Shown here piece after piece: positions 14,471 to 32,569 of a DNA stretch of 64,000 nt (its first letter is position 1; every line of letters starts with the position of its first letter). Source of the DNA: Neocallimastix sp. 'constans' (Eukaryota); assembly GCA_050613775.1 (NCBI GenBank), contig JBODTK010000143.1, positions 372,001 to 436,000 on the forward strand. Reading direction: 5' to 3'. The notes below the pieces were generated by a model. It did no database searches, had not been told where the DNA came from, and saw nothing but the letters and a program-made list of their open reading frames with translations. A program made the translations under genes and the position numbers.

Positions 14471-17400
14471 ATCAGCAATTAGTATAATAATAAAATCTAA
14501 ATTTTCAATTTTTAATGCAATCTTTATTTTTTATATAAATCAAAACTGTAGTTTTTTAAATCAATTTTTCAATCAAAAGAATTTTTTACACTATACTACT
14601 AACAATATTGTTTTTTTATTTTTTCTCTTATATTTCTAAAATTTTTCTATTCTATATATATTTATATATATATATATATATTTTTTTTTTATCTTTATAT
14701 ATTTTACTTTATATCTCTATATAAATTTTTATTTTAGGTTTTTTAATTTTCATATCCTTTTAAAATAATTTCACTTTAAATAAATTTATTATTTTACATT
14801 ATATTTTATTGAATAAATAATTTTTCCACTAACATTGTTTTTTTAATATATCTTAGGAAATTCAATTCATGTGAAACAATTAACTTTTATATTCAGTAAA
14901 CTTAAATGTTAATATTTTATATATAATTCTTTGGTATACAATCCTTTTAATCAATTCACATTAAATAGAAATTAAGTCAGTTTTGTTATCATCAAACTCT
15001 AAACATGGATGCTTCTAGCTCAATTAATACTACTCCCTTCCATCGTGGTTTCTACTGCTTCGGTAATCATATGAACAATTATAGCCTTATCTTTATCCAT
15101 AACCTTAATTCTTGGTCCCCTAGTAATCTAATGGCTCAAGTTATAAGTAAGATCCCTAACTACAATGAAATTATTCCATATGCTAAAAAACTTTTTTCTC
15201 CAAGGTACGGCTCATACTTCATTATTAGAGTTAATAAACACAAAAATGATCTCAAATTTTTCGATGTTTTAGATTTCTTAAGAGATAAAATTCCTGAAAC
15301 AGCTAAAATTACCTGGACCTTGTGTAATAAACTTAAACAAATGAACAAGTCAAGAAAATCTAATAACATTGATGTTGAACTTAATCCTATGGCGAAAGAT
15401 TTTTTCTCTAGCCATCTAAATTCAAATTCTTCTTTCTTTAATCTCTGTGTTAGTTGGAATATTAACGGTTGGAATACTGAAAGACGTGATAGTATTTTAT
15501 ATCTCATCTCTATTTTCAAACCTATATGTATCTGTTTACAAGAAACTGGAAAAAGTAAATATCTTCCAAAAGATGTTTCATCACCATTAATCCCATATTA
15601 CAACTCAGTTTTCCTTAGAGCTAATCCTAAAATCCCTGGTATGAGAGGACTCTTTATTGGTGTTCATTCTTCGTGCTCTTTTTTCCAAGAACCGTTTTTA
15701 TACAAATATATCATTTCAGTAAATATTACTTCTTTCTGGAATCAAAAAATGTACTATTGGTAATATCTACTTCCCTCAAAGCAAATGGAAGGAAGAAAGA
15801 TTAGCTGCTTTTGATGAACTTTCTCAATGATTACGTTTTCACAATAGAAAAAACGTTCCTGCTGTCCTAGTTGGTGATTATAACATGTCATTAAAGAAGA
15901 TCAAAACATACATTTCAAATAATTTTCCTAATTGGTATATTGCTCCCTTATATGGTAATAAATTTACTTATGCCAAAGGTACTAGATCATCTTGCATTGA
16001 CCATGTCATATATAATGAGGCTTTGGCAGCTCATTTTAATAAAACCTCGGTTTGCACTTCATTTTATGGTATTTCTGATCATAAACCTATTATACTTTCT
16101 TGCAACAAAGTTCTCTCCGATGGCTTTATAAGGCCTGCTAAAGTTTCTAAATGGTCTACACATATTTGTAAAACAAAAAATTCAGATATTTTATCACATA
16201 ATTATTTTTCAATCTTAGCAAATGACCTCGATTCTCATTACAATTCGCTCACGGATGATGAAATGGTAGAAAAATTTATCAATACAGCAAATAATATCGG
16301 GAAGGATATTAAGGCTTTCATTCCAACAAATTTAAAGGGCTCTGCTTTTCACTGTCCTTATTACATTAAAAAACTATCTCATGAAAAACATATTGCATTT
16401 CGAAATATTAAGCCTTACTTTAACTGTGAAAATGTTGATAATTACCTTGAACAATTTAATAAATATGAAAAACTTTGCAAATTAATCAAGAAAACAAAGA
16501 GCAAATTTCGTTCTGCTAGATTTAAAGCTAATATAGTAAAAATTGGTAATTATTTTTTGAATAAAGATTTCAAAAATGGATGGAGATGTTTAAAAAAAAA
16601 TGGCTAAACCATCGTATTCATCTACTTCCCCTACTTGCATAAAATCTAAATTTGGTCAAGATATTATCTCTCCTACTAAACAATTAGATAGATGGGCTGA
16701 ATATTATAAAGATCTAGCTTCTGATCCCTCAGGTCACAGCCTTAATCGTAACTTCTGGATCCATGCTTTAAGGAATATTAGTCTTAGATCCTCTACCTGG
16801 AATATCAACGATCCTATTACGATTGACGATATTAAAAAAACTATTTCATCTATGAAAAACAACAAAGCACCCGGTCCCGATGGTATCCCGATTGAATTCT
16901 ACAAAGCTCTGTTTTGCAATGAAGAATTACTGGAAACACATACTTGCTGCTGGAAAGTGTCTTAAATTGATTTTTAATAAAATATGGAATGGGTCTTTTC
17001 CTAAAAAATGGAACTCAGCTTCTATTGTATCAATCCCTAAGAAAGGTGACCTATCAGATTGTAGTTAATTATCGAGGTATTTCTCTCATTAATGTTGGAC
17101 TGAAAATCATTTCAAAAATTATAACAGATAGAATATCTACATACGCACTCTCACACAATTTCATTAGACCTGAACAATTTGGTTTTCGCAACCGTGAAGA
17201 ATGCATTAGTTTATTCATTTCCGTTAGAGAAATTTGCCAAAGAAGAAAATTTCAAGGAAAATTCACATATTTAGCCTTTTTAGATCTTAAAAAAGCTTAT
17301 GATTCAGTTCCTATTTTTAACATTCTTACTAAATTATATCATTATGGCGTACGTGGTAAATGTTTTGATTTTCTATGTAATTTATATACTTCATCTAAAG

Positions 17401-19345
17401 CTCGTGCTCGATTTGCTTCAATGTTATCAAATGAATTACCTATTAAAAGAGGTGTTCCTCAAGGTTGTCCGTTATCTCCGATCTTATTCAATTTATTCAT
17501 CAATGATATATTAAATGACTGTGAAAAGTATGGTGTTAATATTGGAAGAAAAAAGTGTTGTGGTGGACTCTTTGCTGATGATGTTGTTCTCATTGCTCCA
17601 AGTGCAAAAAATTTAGAAAAATTACTAAAAAAGGTACATAGATGGGCTAATTTAAATGAAATGACTTTTGGTATTGAAAAATGTGCAACTATGGTTATAA
17701 AACCAATGAAATTCCAATCACCTCCAAACTATAGTGACCCAACCTTCTATTTAGGAATGAATGCTATTCCTAAAGTTTCTAGTTATATTTATCTTGGTAT
17801 TCCTTTCTCTGATGATCTCTTACTAGAACACATTATATCTCACATGCATTTTAAAGTTAGAAAATCCCTTCTTTCATTTACACATTTCTTCTCAAATAAA
17901 CTTATCCCTATTGCGTACAAGAAAAAAGTTCTTCAATCCTTTGTTATTAGTAAAGTAATTTATTATTCTCCTTTACTTGGTTCAAACAAATCAAGAACGG
18001 CCAGAATTCAAACATTAATTAATACTGGTCTATTTTGGTGTATCGGCTCCTTCTCTAAAAATGGTAAAACAAGTTCAGAAGACAATGACTATATTAGACA
18101 TAATTCTACTATGAGTACTTATGCTTTATCTCGAGATCTAAGCATTCCTCCTATTGCTGGTGTCTGTGCAGCTTTACAGATTAAATCTTTTGCAAAATGG
18201 AGTAAATCAAACTGTATTATAAAGGATCTTATTAAATCTATTCCCAAAATGCATCATTATTCCTGGACTAAAGAATCAAGAACACTGTATAAAAAAATCA
18301 AAAAATATAAATGTGAAAAATATGACGATATTTTAGAACGTTACTGGAAATCAGTTTCCATATTTCAAGGTATTAAAGGTCAAAATTACGATCGTAATAA
18401 GTTCTCAAACAATAAAGCTATAATTATGCTTAGCTTAAAATATCCCCAATTCAACTTAGGGTTTTCATGGATTATACGTTTACACTGTGGTTATAAATAC
18501 AATACTACTATTGCTATTAGAATGGGTAGAGTTTCAGAAGATTGTCCCAAGTCTTGCCCCTGTTGTGGCGAAGATAAACAATCTTTTGAACATTGGATTT
18601 TTAAATGCGATGCTCTTGCATCTTTTCGATGGAATTCTTTCAATTTCATCGATGATCTCTCTATGTTTTATTCCTTAGGAAGATTAGAGCGTTTAATCCT
18701 ATTTCTTCCTATGACTCTATTTCTAATTTTGAAGATTATATCAATCATTATATATACTTGTTCCTTCTTGGTGGGACTTTAGTTTTAAATGAGCTACATT
18801 TCGATAGTGGGGAACAGAGACAATTAAATGAACTTCTTTTCAAAGGTTCATCTGAGTCACCTGTTCCAAAAATTGTGGGCTTGGCGGAATTCTTAACAAG
18901 TGCAATACCTATCATAAGTAGTTCGTTTGAGCTATTATTTGATAGGTATTGAAAAATACCAAACTTATCCAAGAGCGTCAACGTCGTACTGATAAGGCAT
19001 AATGATAATACAGGATTATCATCTATTACTACGAAGGATGATTCTCGCCCTAGTAGCTCAATAAATGATGAATCCAGGGAGAGTTTAGTGGACACCACAC
19101 TATCTATTTTAAAGATGTTACTTCTAGGTTTTATTTCTTTTTTATTTGATAGGAAGGGAAAAATTCCCGCATAGTACAACTTGCCGAAATACATAGTATT
19201 TTCGAGCTTTTTTATTTTTTTATTTTTTAATTTTTTTATTTTTAATTTCAAATGTACTTTTCACCTACATGTATTTTTTAAAATAAAATTAATAAAGTTT
19301 TGGAAGTGTATTCTCTTCCCTGTCTAAAAAAAAAAAAAAAAAAAA
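14432..19345 (+). mobile_element. Near-full-length non-LTR retrotransposon (LINE): APE endonuclease + reverse transcriptase + C-terminal CCHC zinc knuckle; disrupted ORF
   Basis: Endonuclease motifs: SWNING, CLQET, GDYN, SCIDH, SDHKP. RT motifs: KAPGPDG, NYRGISL, QFGFR, FLDLKKAYD, GVPQGCPLSP, LFADD, YLG. Zinc knuckle: CPCC-x7-HWIFKC. Poly(A) at 19326-19345 and a 14-bp TSD. Frameshifts near 15750, 16595, 16940, 17065 and 18660-18760, plus an in-frame TGA at 15828. Confidence 0.95.
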
Positions 19346-23650
<4,305 letters not shown>

Positions 23651-24544
23651 GGTTTTTTTTTTTTTTTTTTTTTTTTTTAAACCAATAAAAAAATATACCA
23701 TTTTTTTTTTTTATTTTTAAAAAAAAAAAAACTCAAAAATCTTAATATCATTATAAAAAAATATATTATGTACTAGTTAAATTTGATTTTTTTTTTTTTT
23801 TTTTTTTTTGCAAATTGTTTTTAAAATTCTTTCTTTCTTACTTTATTTATTTATTTATTTTAAACCAAGAATTTTTTTTGAGCATAGTCTAATAATAAAA
23901 ATGTTTTTTTTTAACTTTTAATTAATTTTATGAAAATTTTTATATAAAAAACCTAATTCATTTTATAGTTTTAAATGAATATAAGAATTGTTTTTTTTTT
24001 TTTTTTTTTTTTTAGATATTTAATAAATTTTCTCGGCTTATAGGTAATCTTTAATATATATTGAAATGAAAAATATTTTTAAGAATATAATAAAGAATCT
24101 CAGATGTTGATAATATTCTTAATATATTGTGAATTAAGAAAAGAAGAGATGTTGATAAATAAAAAAGAAAAATAATTTAAATAAAGAGTAAGAATCCTTT
24201 ATTAATTACAGTAATTAAAAAAAAAATTTTTTTTCTTTTTGTAGAATCTAAAATAAGCATACTTTAAGACTCTGAAGAAAATAAGGAAGAATATATAAGA
24301 CATGATAACTCTCTCCATAAATTATAGAGAGAGAGAGAATGTGGGAGGGTGAGGAGAAAGAGAGAAAAAGAGCGATTTTATATTTAAGTTTTTTTTTCCT
24401 TTCTTTTACTTTATTATATACCAATTAAAGCAATAACCAATAAAAATAAATAATAAATAATAAAAAGATAAAAAGATAAAATGGTAAATAAAAAAAAAAA
24501 TTTATTTTTATTTTATAAATTTCTTTATGAACATAGGCAATAAT

Positions 24545-24627
<83 letters not shown>

Positions 24628-25206
24628 TATCATTATCATTATTATTATTTTATTTATTTAAAAAAATAAAAAATAAAAATAATAATAATAATAAAAAAAA
24701 AGGAGTTTAGTATTGAATAGATATTATATTGTGTTTTTCTATAAAAATTAAATCATAAAATTATAATAATAATTAAAAAAAAGTTTAATTTATCCCTTAA
24801 AATAATGTTTAATTATATGATATATATATAAATAAATAAAAATTAATAATAATTAATAAGATTATAAAATAAAATTAAATAAAAATATATATATATAAAA
24901 AAAAAAAAATAAAATAAAAAATATATAATAAAATAATAAAATAATATAATATAATAAAAAAGACTTCATTAATATTATAAAATATTTAAATAAAATTTTC
25001 ACTTTCTACATTAGAGGTATTTAATTAATAATAATTACTAGGTTTTTAAACTAAATATTTTTTTTTATTTAATCAATGTTAAATATAATTATTAATGTAT
25101 TCATCAATTTATTATAAATATAATTATTATAAATTATTATAAATTAATAATAAATTGATAAATTTTTGTTAAAATTACTTTCTTCTTTTAACAATTAATT
25201 TAAACG

Positions 25207-25256
<50 letters not shown>

Positions 25257-26643
25257 TAAAAATAAAATATAAAAACAAAATATTTATATTATATGAAATA
25301 AATATATAATATTTGTTTTTACTATTTATTTTTGTTAAGATTTTATAATTTATGTGTTATTCTTGAATTATTCTTTCCTTTTTTTTTTTTTTTTTTCTCT
25401 CTTTTTTATTTTTATTTTATCTTTTATTTATATAATTAATTAAATTGTTTCTATGTCATTACTATTATTACTTGTATTAAATAAATAAGAAAGGTTTCTA
25501 ATTAACTAATTAAGGGTAATATATATAATAATAAAATAAAATAATTTATAAAAAAAAAAAAAAGTATAAAAGTATTTAATGATGTTCTGTTATAATGTTA
25601 ATAATGTGTTAAATTATAAAGTTTTACTATATATAATAATATAAATGTTAAATATACTTTTTAATAATAATTTTTCATTAAAATTGAAAATATACTTTTA
25701 TTTTGATTAAATAAATTAAATAATTAATGATATCTCTTATAATTAATATAATATATTGATTTATTTATGATTTATTCTATTCCTGTAACTTTTATATTAA
25801 TGTATAAATATATTTTAATGATAATTTTATTAAATATTTTTATTTATGTTATGTTATTTTATATATATATTTTATTTTACTTGTATGTTTATTTTTTGTG
25901 TTTTTGTTTTTTTTTTGTTTTTTTTTGTTTTTTTTTTTTTTTGTTTTTTTTTTGTTTTTTTTTGCTTTTTTTTGCTTTTTTTTTTTTTTTTTTTTTTAAT
26001 TTACTCTTTTTTTTTTTTTTTTATTTTACTTTTCTATTTTTTTGGAATTATTCTTGGAAAAAAATTTTCTTTTTTAGAAAAAAAACTTTTTTATTTTATC
26101 TGGCTTTTCTTTGGATTTTTCTTTTCTTTTTCTTTTCTTTTCTTTAAAATATTTATTATTTTTCATTTAATTTTTATTATTATTGTTATTAAAGTAGGCT
26201 TAATTTTTAATCATTTATTTATCGTTTTATTGGTTATATAATTTTAAATAAATAACAAATAATAATAATAATTAGCATGACATTTTAAAAATGGAATTTT
26301 CAATTTCTTCTAAAATTTTATATAATTTAATAATCACTATTATTACTATTATTCCATTATATAAACATATATTTATATGATAGATTAAATACTACTGATG
26401 ATTTTCAATTTATATTTATAATTATATCTATATATATCAACATATATATATAATTAAGTTTTTTTTTTTTTCATTATTTTCTTTCCTTCTCTTTCAATTC
26501 TCTTTTTCTTTCGATAAAAAAAAATAATTATAAAAAAAAATTATTTTGATCAATTTTTATTTTTATTTTTTTTTTTTTTTTGATTATATATTTTTTATTT
26601 ACATTGATATATACAATAATATTTAATTTCTAAATTCATTTTT

Positions 26644-29244
26644 TCAAATAATTTGATTATTGTGTAGCATATGTGATGAATTTCCATTGTATATATTAAA
26701 ATTATCAGTAATATTATTACTATATTGATCAAAAGAAGTCATCATTTCTTCCTCAAAACTCATTTCTGATGTTTTTGATAGTTCAAGATTAGTATTAAAA
26801 ACATTTACTTTACTTGAATTAAGATCTTCAAAAGCAGAGTTATCAGCTCTACTACTCTTACGTGGATTTGGCTTTGGTGGAGGTGGTTTTACCTGTTTTG
26901 ATTCTTTTTTATTTTTATTTTTGATTTTATTTTTAAGTGTTTTAACTTTTCCTGAAGATGGCTTACTTTGCTTTATAACTGGATCTACTGACTTCATAGG
27001 TTGATAGGAACTATTTTGAGTAATATCTTCTTCATAGTCCACCATTGTTATTGTCGATTGAGACAAACTAGAGGGTTCCGGTTCATAATCAACCATTGTT
27101 ATTGAGGACTGAGATAATTGAGAAGATTCACGTCGATGAGAAACCTTTTTTACGGATGACTGTGACAAACGATGTTCACGAATACCTTTTGACTTTGATG
27201 ATGATGATGGTGATGGTTGAGAAGGTTGTCGATGATGATGGTGATGATGAGAAACAACTTTTGATTTTGAGGATTGTGATAAATGAGAACTTTGACGTTG
27301 ATGAACACTACCTTTTTGTTTAGAAGGAGACAACTGAAGGTCTTCGACCGTTATCTTTGATTTTGATGATTGAATTTTCAATGGTGGTGGCTGACGTTGT
27401 AATGGAGATTGAGTTATCTGAGTGTTTTCTTTAGCAATTGAATAACGGCTAACTTGGGATGGAACAGGAGAAGATGTATTATTAATTGAAGAAGTATAAA
27501 CTTTATTATGCAATATATTTGTTTGAACATCCGATTGTTGATGATTTGGTGAAGGAGAAATAACTGGATTATAGATATTCTTTTTAGCAGGATAGGATAC
27601 AGGTATCACGGATTCCGGTGAGAATTCTTGTTTCAAAGGAGAATTTTTATAATATTGTCTGTCTTCTATGATTTGTGATGATTCCTTCTGTAATGGAGAA
27701 GGTTGACGTTGAATTGATGACTGAGAAAGTCTATTCTTTGATTTTTGCTTTGACTTTTTATTGGCAACTTCCTTAGTTTTTATTTCTAATGGTTTTAAAT
27801 CTTTAGCTCTAATTTTTTGTTCTCTAATTTCTTGTTCTTTAATTGCTTGTTCTCTAATAGCTCTTTCTCTAATTGTTTTTGCCCTAATTTCTTGTTCTCT
27901 TATTTCTTGTGCTTTTACTTCTTCTTCCCTGATCTCTTGTTGTAATTCAAGCTCTTTTTGTATTTCATGTTCTTGTGTTATTTCATCAAGTGGTTCTATA
28001 ATACTACTGGCAGCATCAGTATCTTCACTATCAATATCAGGATTATCGCTGAATGGTATATCATCTAAAGAATCAGGTAATGGAGTTGGTGGATATTCCA
28101 ATTCATCATCTGTTGGAACAGGCGATTCATCAAGTCCAGGAATTTTTTTAGTAATACGAGGAGTCATACAAAAGTCTGGTGGCATATAATAATTGGTATT
28201 AACTAAAGATTTCGAACGACTAGAAACAAACTTTGAACGACGATGAGGTTTGAATTTTTGATTTGATTGTTGAGTTGCTCCTTTTGATCTGGCTAAAGTA
28301 GACTTACTTTCTTCAGATGATAACGATATTGTTGACCCTGTAGAAGATGGTAAATGAATATTTTGTAATGAATGAGGACTATCAAGAGTGATATCACCAT
28401 CCACTGGAGAGGAAGGCTGTTGATTATTCATTAAATTTGCGAAAGTTATTGGTGATACCTTTGACATTTTCGAAGATATATTATTTGTGATAATTGGTGT
28501 TATATTCCTATTACTATTAGCTCTTTCATAGGTAACATCAGTAGTATGAAACATATTGACAATGGAATCTGCACTTTCCATACGATATAAACTTGTACTA
28601 GTTCTTGAATCAAAACTAGTATTATCTGCATCTGGGTGTTGAATAATATCCCTAGCCTTACTATAATTCTTACTAAAATTTTTACTTAAATCGTTCTTCT
28701 TTCTATGCTTTACTATAAAACGTACAAGAATAAAGAGAGCAATTACACCAACTACACCTATAGATCCAAATTTTATATACTTATTACTAATTAATGTATT
28801 ATTTTTTGATTCTTCTTTTTGTTGAAGTTGATCCAATGGTTTTTCTTCACCTTCAAAACCTATAAAGTCAGTTTGTGATACTGGAGCTCTCTGGAGATCT
28901 TCACTTTTTCTTCCACTTCTACTATCATTATTATAATCATTATTATTACTATAATAACTTGAACTATAATCATTTGAATTTGAATATCCATTATCTGAAC
29001 TTGAATGATTACTACTTGAACTTGAACGCTCATCACCATCTGAACTTGAACGATTACTTCTTGAACGATCATTATCAGAATCATAATTATCGGAACCTCG
29101 AGAAGAATCTGAACTTGATGAATGACTATCACCACGGCTATAGTCGTCATCTTCACGTTTGACAAGATATTCTTTATTTAATAAATCATCTTCGTTATCG
29201 AAGAATTTACTATTATATTCTGGGGTGTTTATTATTATACCCAT
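26644..29244 (-). CDS. Hypothetical single-pass membrane protein, largely low-complexity/disordered (866 aa)
   Basis: Long uninterrupted ORF with coding composition. It has a Ser/Asp-rich N-terminal region and the hydrophobic helix FGSIGVVGVIALFILVRFIV followed by basic KHRKK. The Ser/Pro/Gln-rich tail contains a (I/A)REQ coiled-coil-like repeat. No family recognised; an upstream exon cannot be excluded. Confidence 0.8.
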   Translation of the reverse strand: MGIIINTPEYNSKFFDNEDDLLNKEYLVKREDDDYSRGDSHSSSSDSSRGSDNYDSDNDRSRSNRSSSDGDERSSSSSNHSSSDNGYSNSNDYSSSYYSNNNDYNNDSRSGRKSEDLQRAPVSQTDFIGFEGEEKPLDQLQQKEESKNNTLISNKYIKFGSIGVVGVIALFILVRFIVKHRKKNDLSKNFSKNYSKARDIIQHPDADNTSFDSRTSTSLYRMESADSIVNMFHTTDVTYERANSNRNITPIITNNISSKMSKVSPITFANLMNNQQPSSPVDGDITLDSPHSLQNIHLPSSTGSTISLSSEESKSTLARSKGATQQSNQKFKPHRRSKFVSSRSKSLVNTNYYMPPDFCMTPRITKKIPGLDESPVPTDDELEYPPTPLPDSLDDIPFSDNPDIDSEDTDAASSIIEPLDEITQEHEIQKELELQQEIREEEVKAQEIREQEIRAKTIRERAIREQAIKEQEIREQKIRAKDLKPLEIKTKEVANKKSKQKSKNRLSQSSIQRQPSPLQKESSQIIEDRQYYKNSPLKQEFSPESVIPVSYPAKKNIYNPVISPSPNHQQSDVQTNILHNKVYTSSINNTSSPVPSQVSRYSIAKENTQITQSPLQRQPPPLKIQSSKSKITVEDLQLSPSKQKGSVHQRQSSHLSQSSKSKVVSHHHHHHRQPSQPSPSSSSKSKGIREHRLSQSSVKKVSHRRESSQLSQSSITMVDYEPEPSSLSQSTITMVDYEEDITQNSSYQPMKSVDPVIKQSKPSSGKVKTLKNKIKNKNKKESKQVKPPPPKPNPRKSSRADNSAFEDLNSSKVNVFNTNLELSKTSEMSFEEEMMTSFDQYSNNITDNFNIYNGNSSHMLHNNQII

Positions 29245-31090
29245 TATTATTATTTATTTTCTTATTTCTACTTTAAAAATTGTTTGATTTAAATTATCTT
29301 TTTTATATAATTAAAATATATTTATTATAAACTTTTTTTAAAAAATGAAAAATATTTCTTTTATTCTATATTTTGATTCTTTATTTTTATATTTTATTCT
29401 TCAAAACTTTATTTACTATCAATATTTAAGCAAGATTATTTGATTACTTTTTTTTTTTTCTATTTCTTTATGATTAACGATTTCCCATCAATACTTTTAA
29501 AAAAAAATATCAATTAAACTCGTTGTAAATATCTATTTTTTTTTTAAATCAATATTAATATCAAATTAGGTTTATTTTATAATAAATAGAAAAAAAAATA
29601 ATATAAAAATATAATCTTTTAATTTATTTTTCAAATTTTTTCTATTTTTTTTATTTTCATTAATTTATATTTATAAATTTACCTTTCAATATATAATGAA
29701 TTCATTTATTTAAAAAAGAACTTTATTAATATAATTTCATCATTGATATAATTCAATTAGGTATAATAATTAAAAAACTTCTAACCATAAAGAAAAATAA
29801 TAAACTTTCAAAATTTACTTTTATTTACGCCTTACTTTTGATTAATTTCCCTTAAATACGATTTTCCCTTAATAAAAAACAATATATAAAAACAAGAAGA
29901 ACGAAATTTTTTTAAAATAAAAAATTCAACTTTTAAATAAAAAGAAATTTAAATTTAATAATATATCTTCGTGAAAATAAATATCTTTAAAAAAAAAAAA
30001 AAAAAAAAAAGAAAAAAAGAAAAGAAAAGAAATAAAAAAAGAAAAAAAAATTTAAAAAAAAAAAAAAAAATGCAAAGAAAAAATTACCTTAAAAAATAAA
30101 AAATCAATTAAAATAAAAATAAATATCAATATAAATATAAATATAAAAATGAAAATAAAAATATATTAAATTAAATCAAGAATAATCATTAGCCATTTTA
30201 ATATATCATTTTAATAGATAAACCATATTAAAATTCTATATTACAAAATTTATATAAAATTTTTTTTTTTTTTTTTTTTTAATTTTTTTACATATCTTTT
30301 TTAAATATTCAACTATTTAATTAATTTCAATATAAATAAATATAAAAATGTATATATTTGTTTATATTTACAATATTAGAAATGAAATATTTTTAATTAT
30401 TATTCCTATATTACATTATACTATCTTTTATATTATATATTATTTTATTTTATTATTTCATTTTATTATGAAAAATCTGTTAAAATGTAATATATTAACT
30501 TTAAATGATAATAAAACCTTAATATATTTATTTATAGATAAAATAGATAATTTATTTGATATATATATTTTTATATATATTTTATACTATTTTATATAAA
30601 ATTTTTATATATTTTATACTATTTTATAAATTTTTTATATATTTTATATAAATTTTTTTTATATTTTTATATATTTTATATATATATATTATATATTTTA
30701 ATTATATATTTTATATATTTTATTTAGTTTATTTATATAATCTCAATGATATTAATTCAAGGTCTGTTCCTTTTTTTTTTTCTTATTTAAAACTATATTA
30801 CATTTATTTGTTCATATACATTCATAATAAATTGAGGGTATTAAATATAAATAAATTAAATTTATTTTAATATTAATTTGTATTTATTTTTTTTGTAATG
30901 CCTTTTTAATATATTATTCAATATATTTATATTATTAATTATATAGAATCAATTCATATTAAAATATATAAAATTTAATTCACCATTAAATAAATAAAAT
31001 TTTAATTAACTATATAAAAATATAAAAAGAAAAATAAATTTTATTATTATTATTATTATTTATTATTATTATTATTATTTATTATTATTA

Positions 31091-31145
<55 letters not shown>

Positions 31146-31831
31146 ATTATTATTTATTATTATTTATTATTAAATTATTATTATTATTAAATTATTATTA
31201 TTATTATTTATCTATTATTATTATTAATTATTTGAAATGTTTGTACATTATGAAGTCAAAAGACTTGAATAAATAAAAAAGATACTACATATTGATATAT
31301 TTTAGTATCTCTTTATAAAAGTTCATTTTTATTTTATTAAAAATATGCAATATTATTAAAAATATGCAATCTTTATATTGTCTTTATAAATATGCAATCA
31401 ACTATTATTATTATAAATACAATCTTATTATAAATACAATCTTTTTATTATTACTATAAATACAATTTTTTATTATTATTTATGTATTACATAATCTATC
31501 AATATTTTTTTTACAAAAAATTCTTATTAATATGATATATCAATAATTTATTTTATTTTTTCATTAATTTTATTATATTTTTTTTTATCCTTTTTATATA
31601 TTAATACTTTAAATATTTTTTTTCTTATGTATAATTATTTATTTTTTATATTTATTTATTTATTTTTATATTTATTTATTTATTTTTTATATTTATTTAT
31701 TTTTTTATATTTATTTATTTATTTATTTTTATATTCATTTATTTATTTTTTATGTTTATTTATTTTTTTATTTAATAAATCTGAAATTATAAAAGAAATT
31801 TCCAAATCTATTATTATTATTTAAAAGAAAT

Positions 31832-31863
<32 letters not shown>

Positions 31864-32569
31864 ATTTATCAATCAAATACAGAATTAAAAAAAAATTATT
31901 TTTTTATATTCCTTATAACAAAATTAATGTAGCGAATCACATCATCTTATTTTTATTTCGTATAACATAAAATAATAAAAATAAACTAATAAAAATAAAA
32001 TAATAAAAATAAAATAAAATAAAATAAAATAATAAAAATAATTATATAAAAAATTTAATAAATACAATATATAAATAAAATATAAAAAATATAAATACAT
32101 AAAATAACATATATAAAAAATAATACATAAAATATTATATAAAATTTTACATATAAAATATGAAATATAAAATATAAAATATAAAATATGAAATGTACAA
32201 AGTATTAAATATAAAAAAAAAAAAAGATTAACAAAATATTATTTATTTTCCATATATTATTATGAATAAAATTTAGGATTGTGGATTGAATAGAGATAAT
32301 TAATATTTAATTAAAAAAAAAAAATTTTTATATTTTTAAACTTTTTAGCTCAATTTAATATTGTAATCTTATTATTAATTAAAGAATAAATTATTTAAAT
32401 AGGAAAATATATATTACCATAAATTAAAGTATACTCTATTTTATTGTATTCTGGCACACTGCCATCCTATTTCATATCAATAGAATAATTAAATCATTTA
32501 GATAAGATATATTTATTATTTTATTTTTAAAAAATTGAAATAAATTATAGAAGAAAAAAAAAATAATTA

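Noticed and set aside
14418..14490. HDV-like or hammerhead ribozyme at the LINE 5' end
   Set aside because: I could not assemble the nested double pseudoknot or the CUGANGA/GAAA core by eye.
18748..19251. Antisense 167-aa ORF at the LINE 3' end
   Set aside because: It is a shadow ORF overlapping the LINE C-terminus and 3' UTR, with no recognisable motifs.
27096..29165. Overlapping alternative-frame ORFs inside the long genes (also within CotH, Pex26-like, ANKRD13-like and Hsp104)
   Set aside because: These are expected shadow ORFs from codon bias and low-complexity coding repeats.
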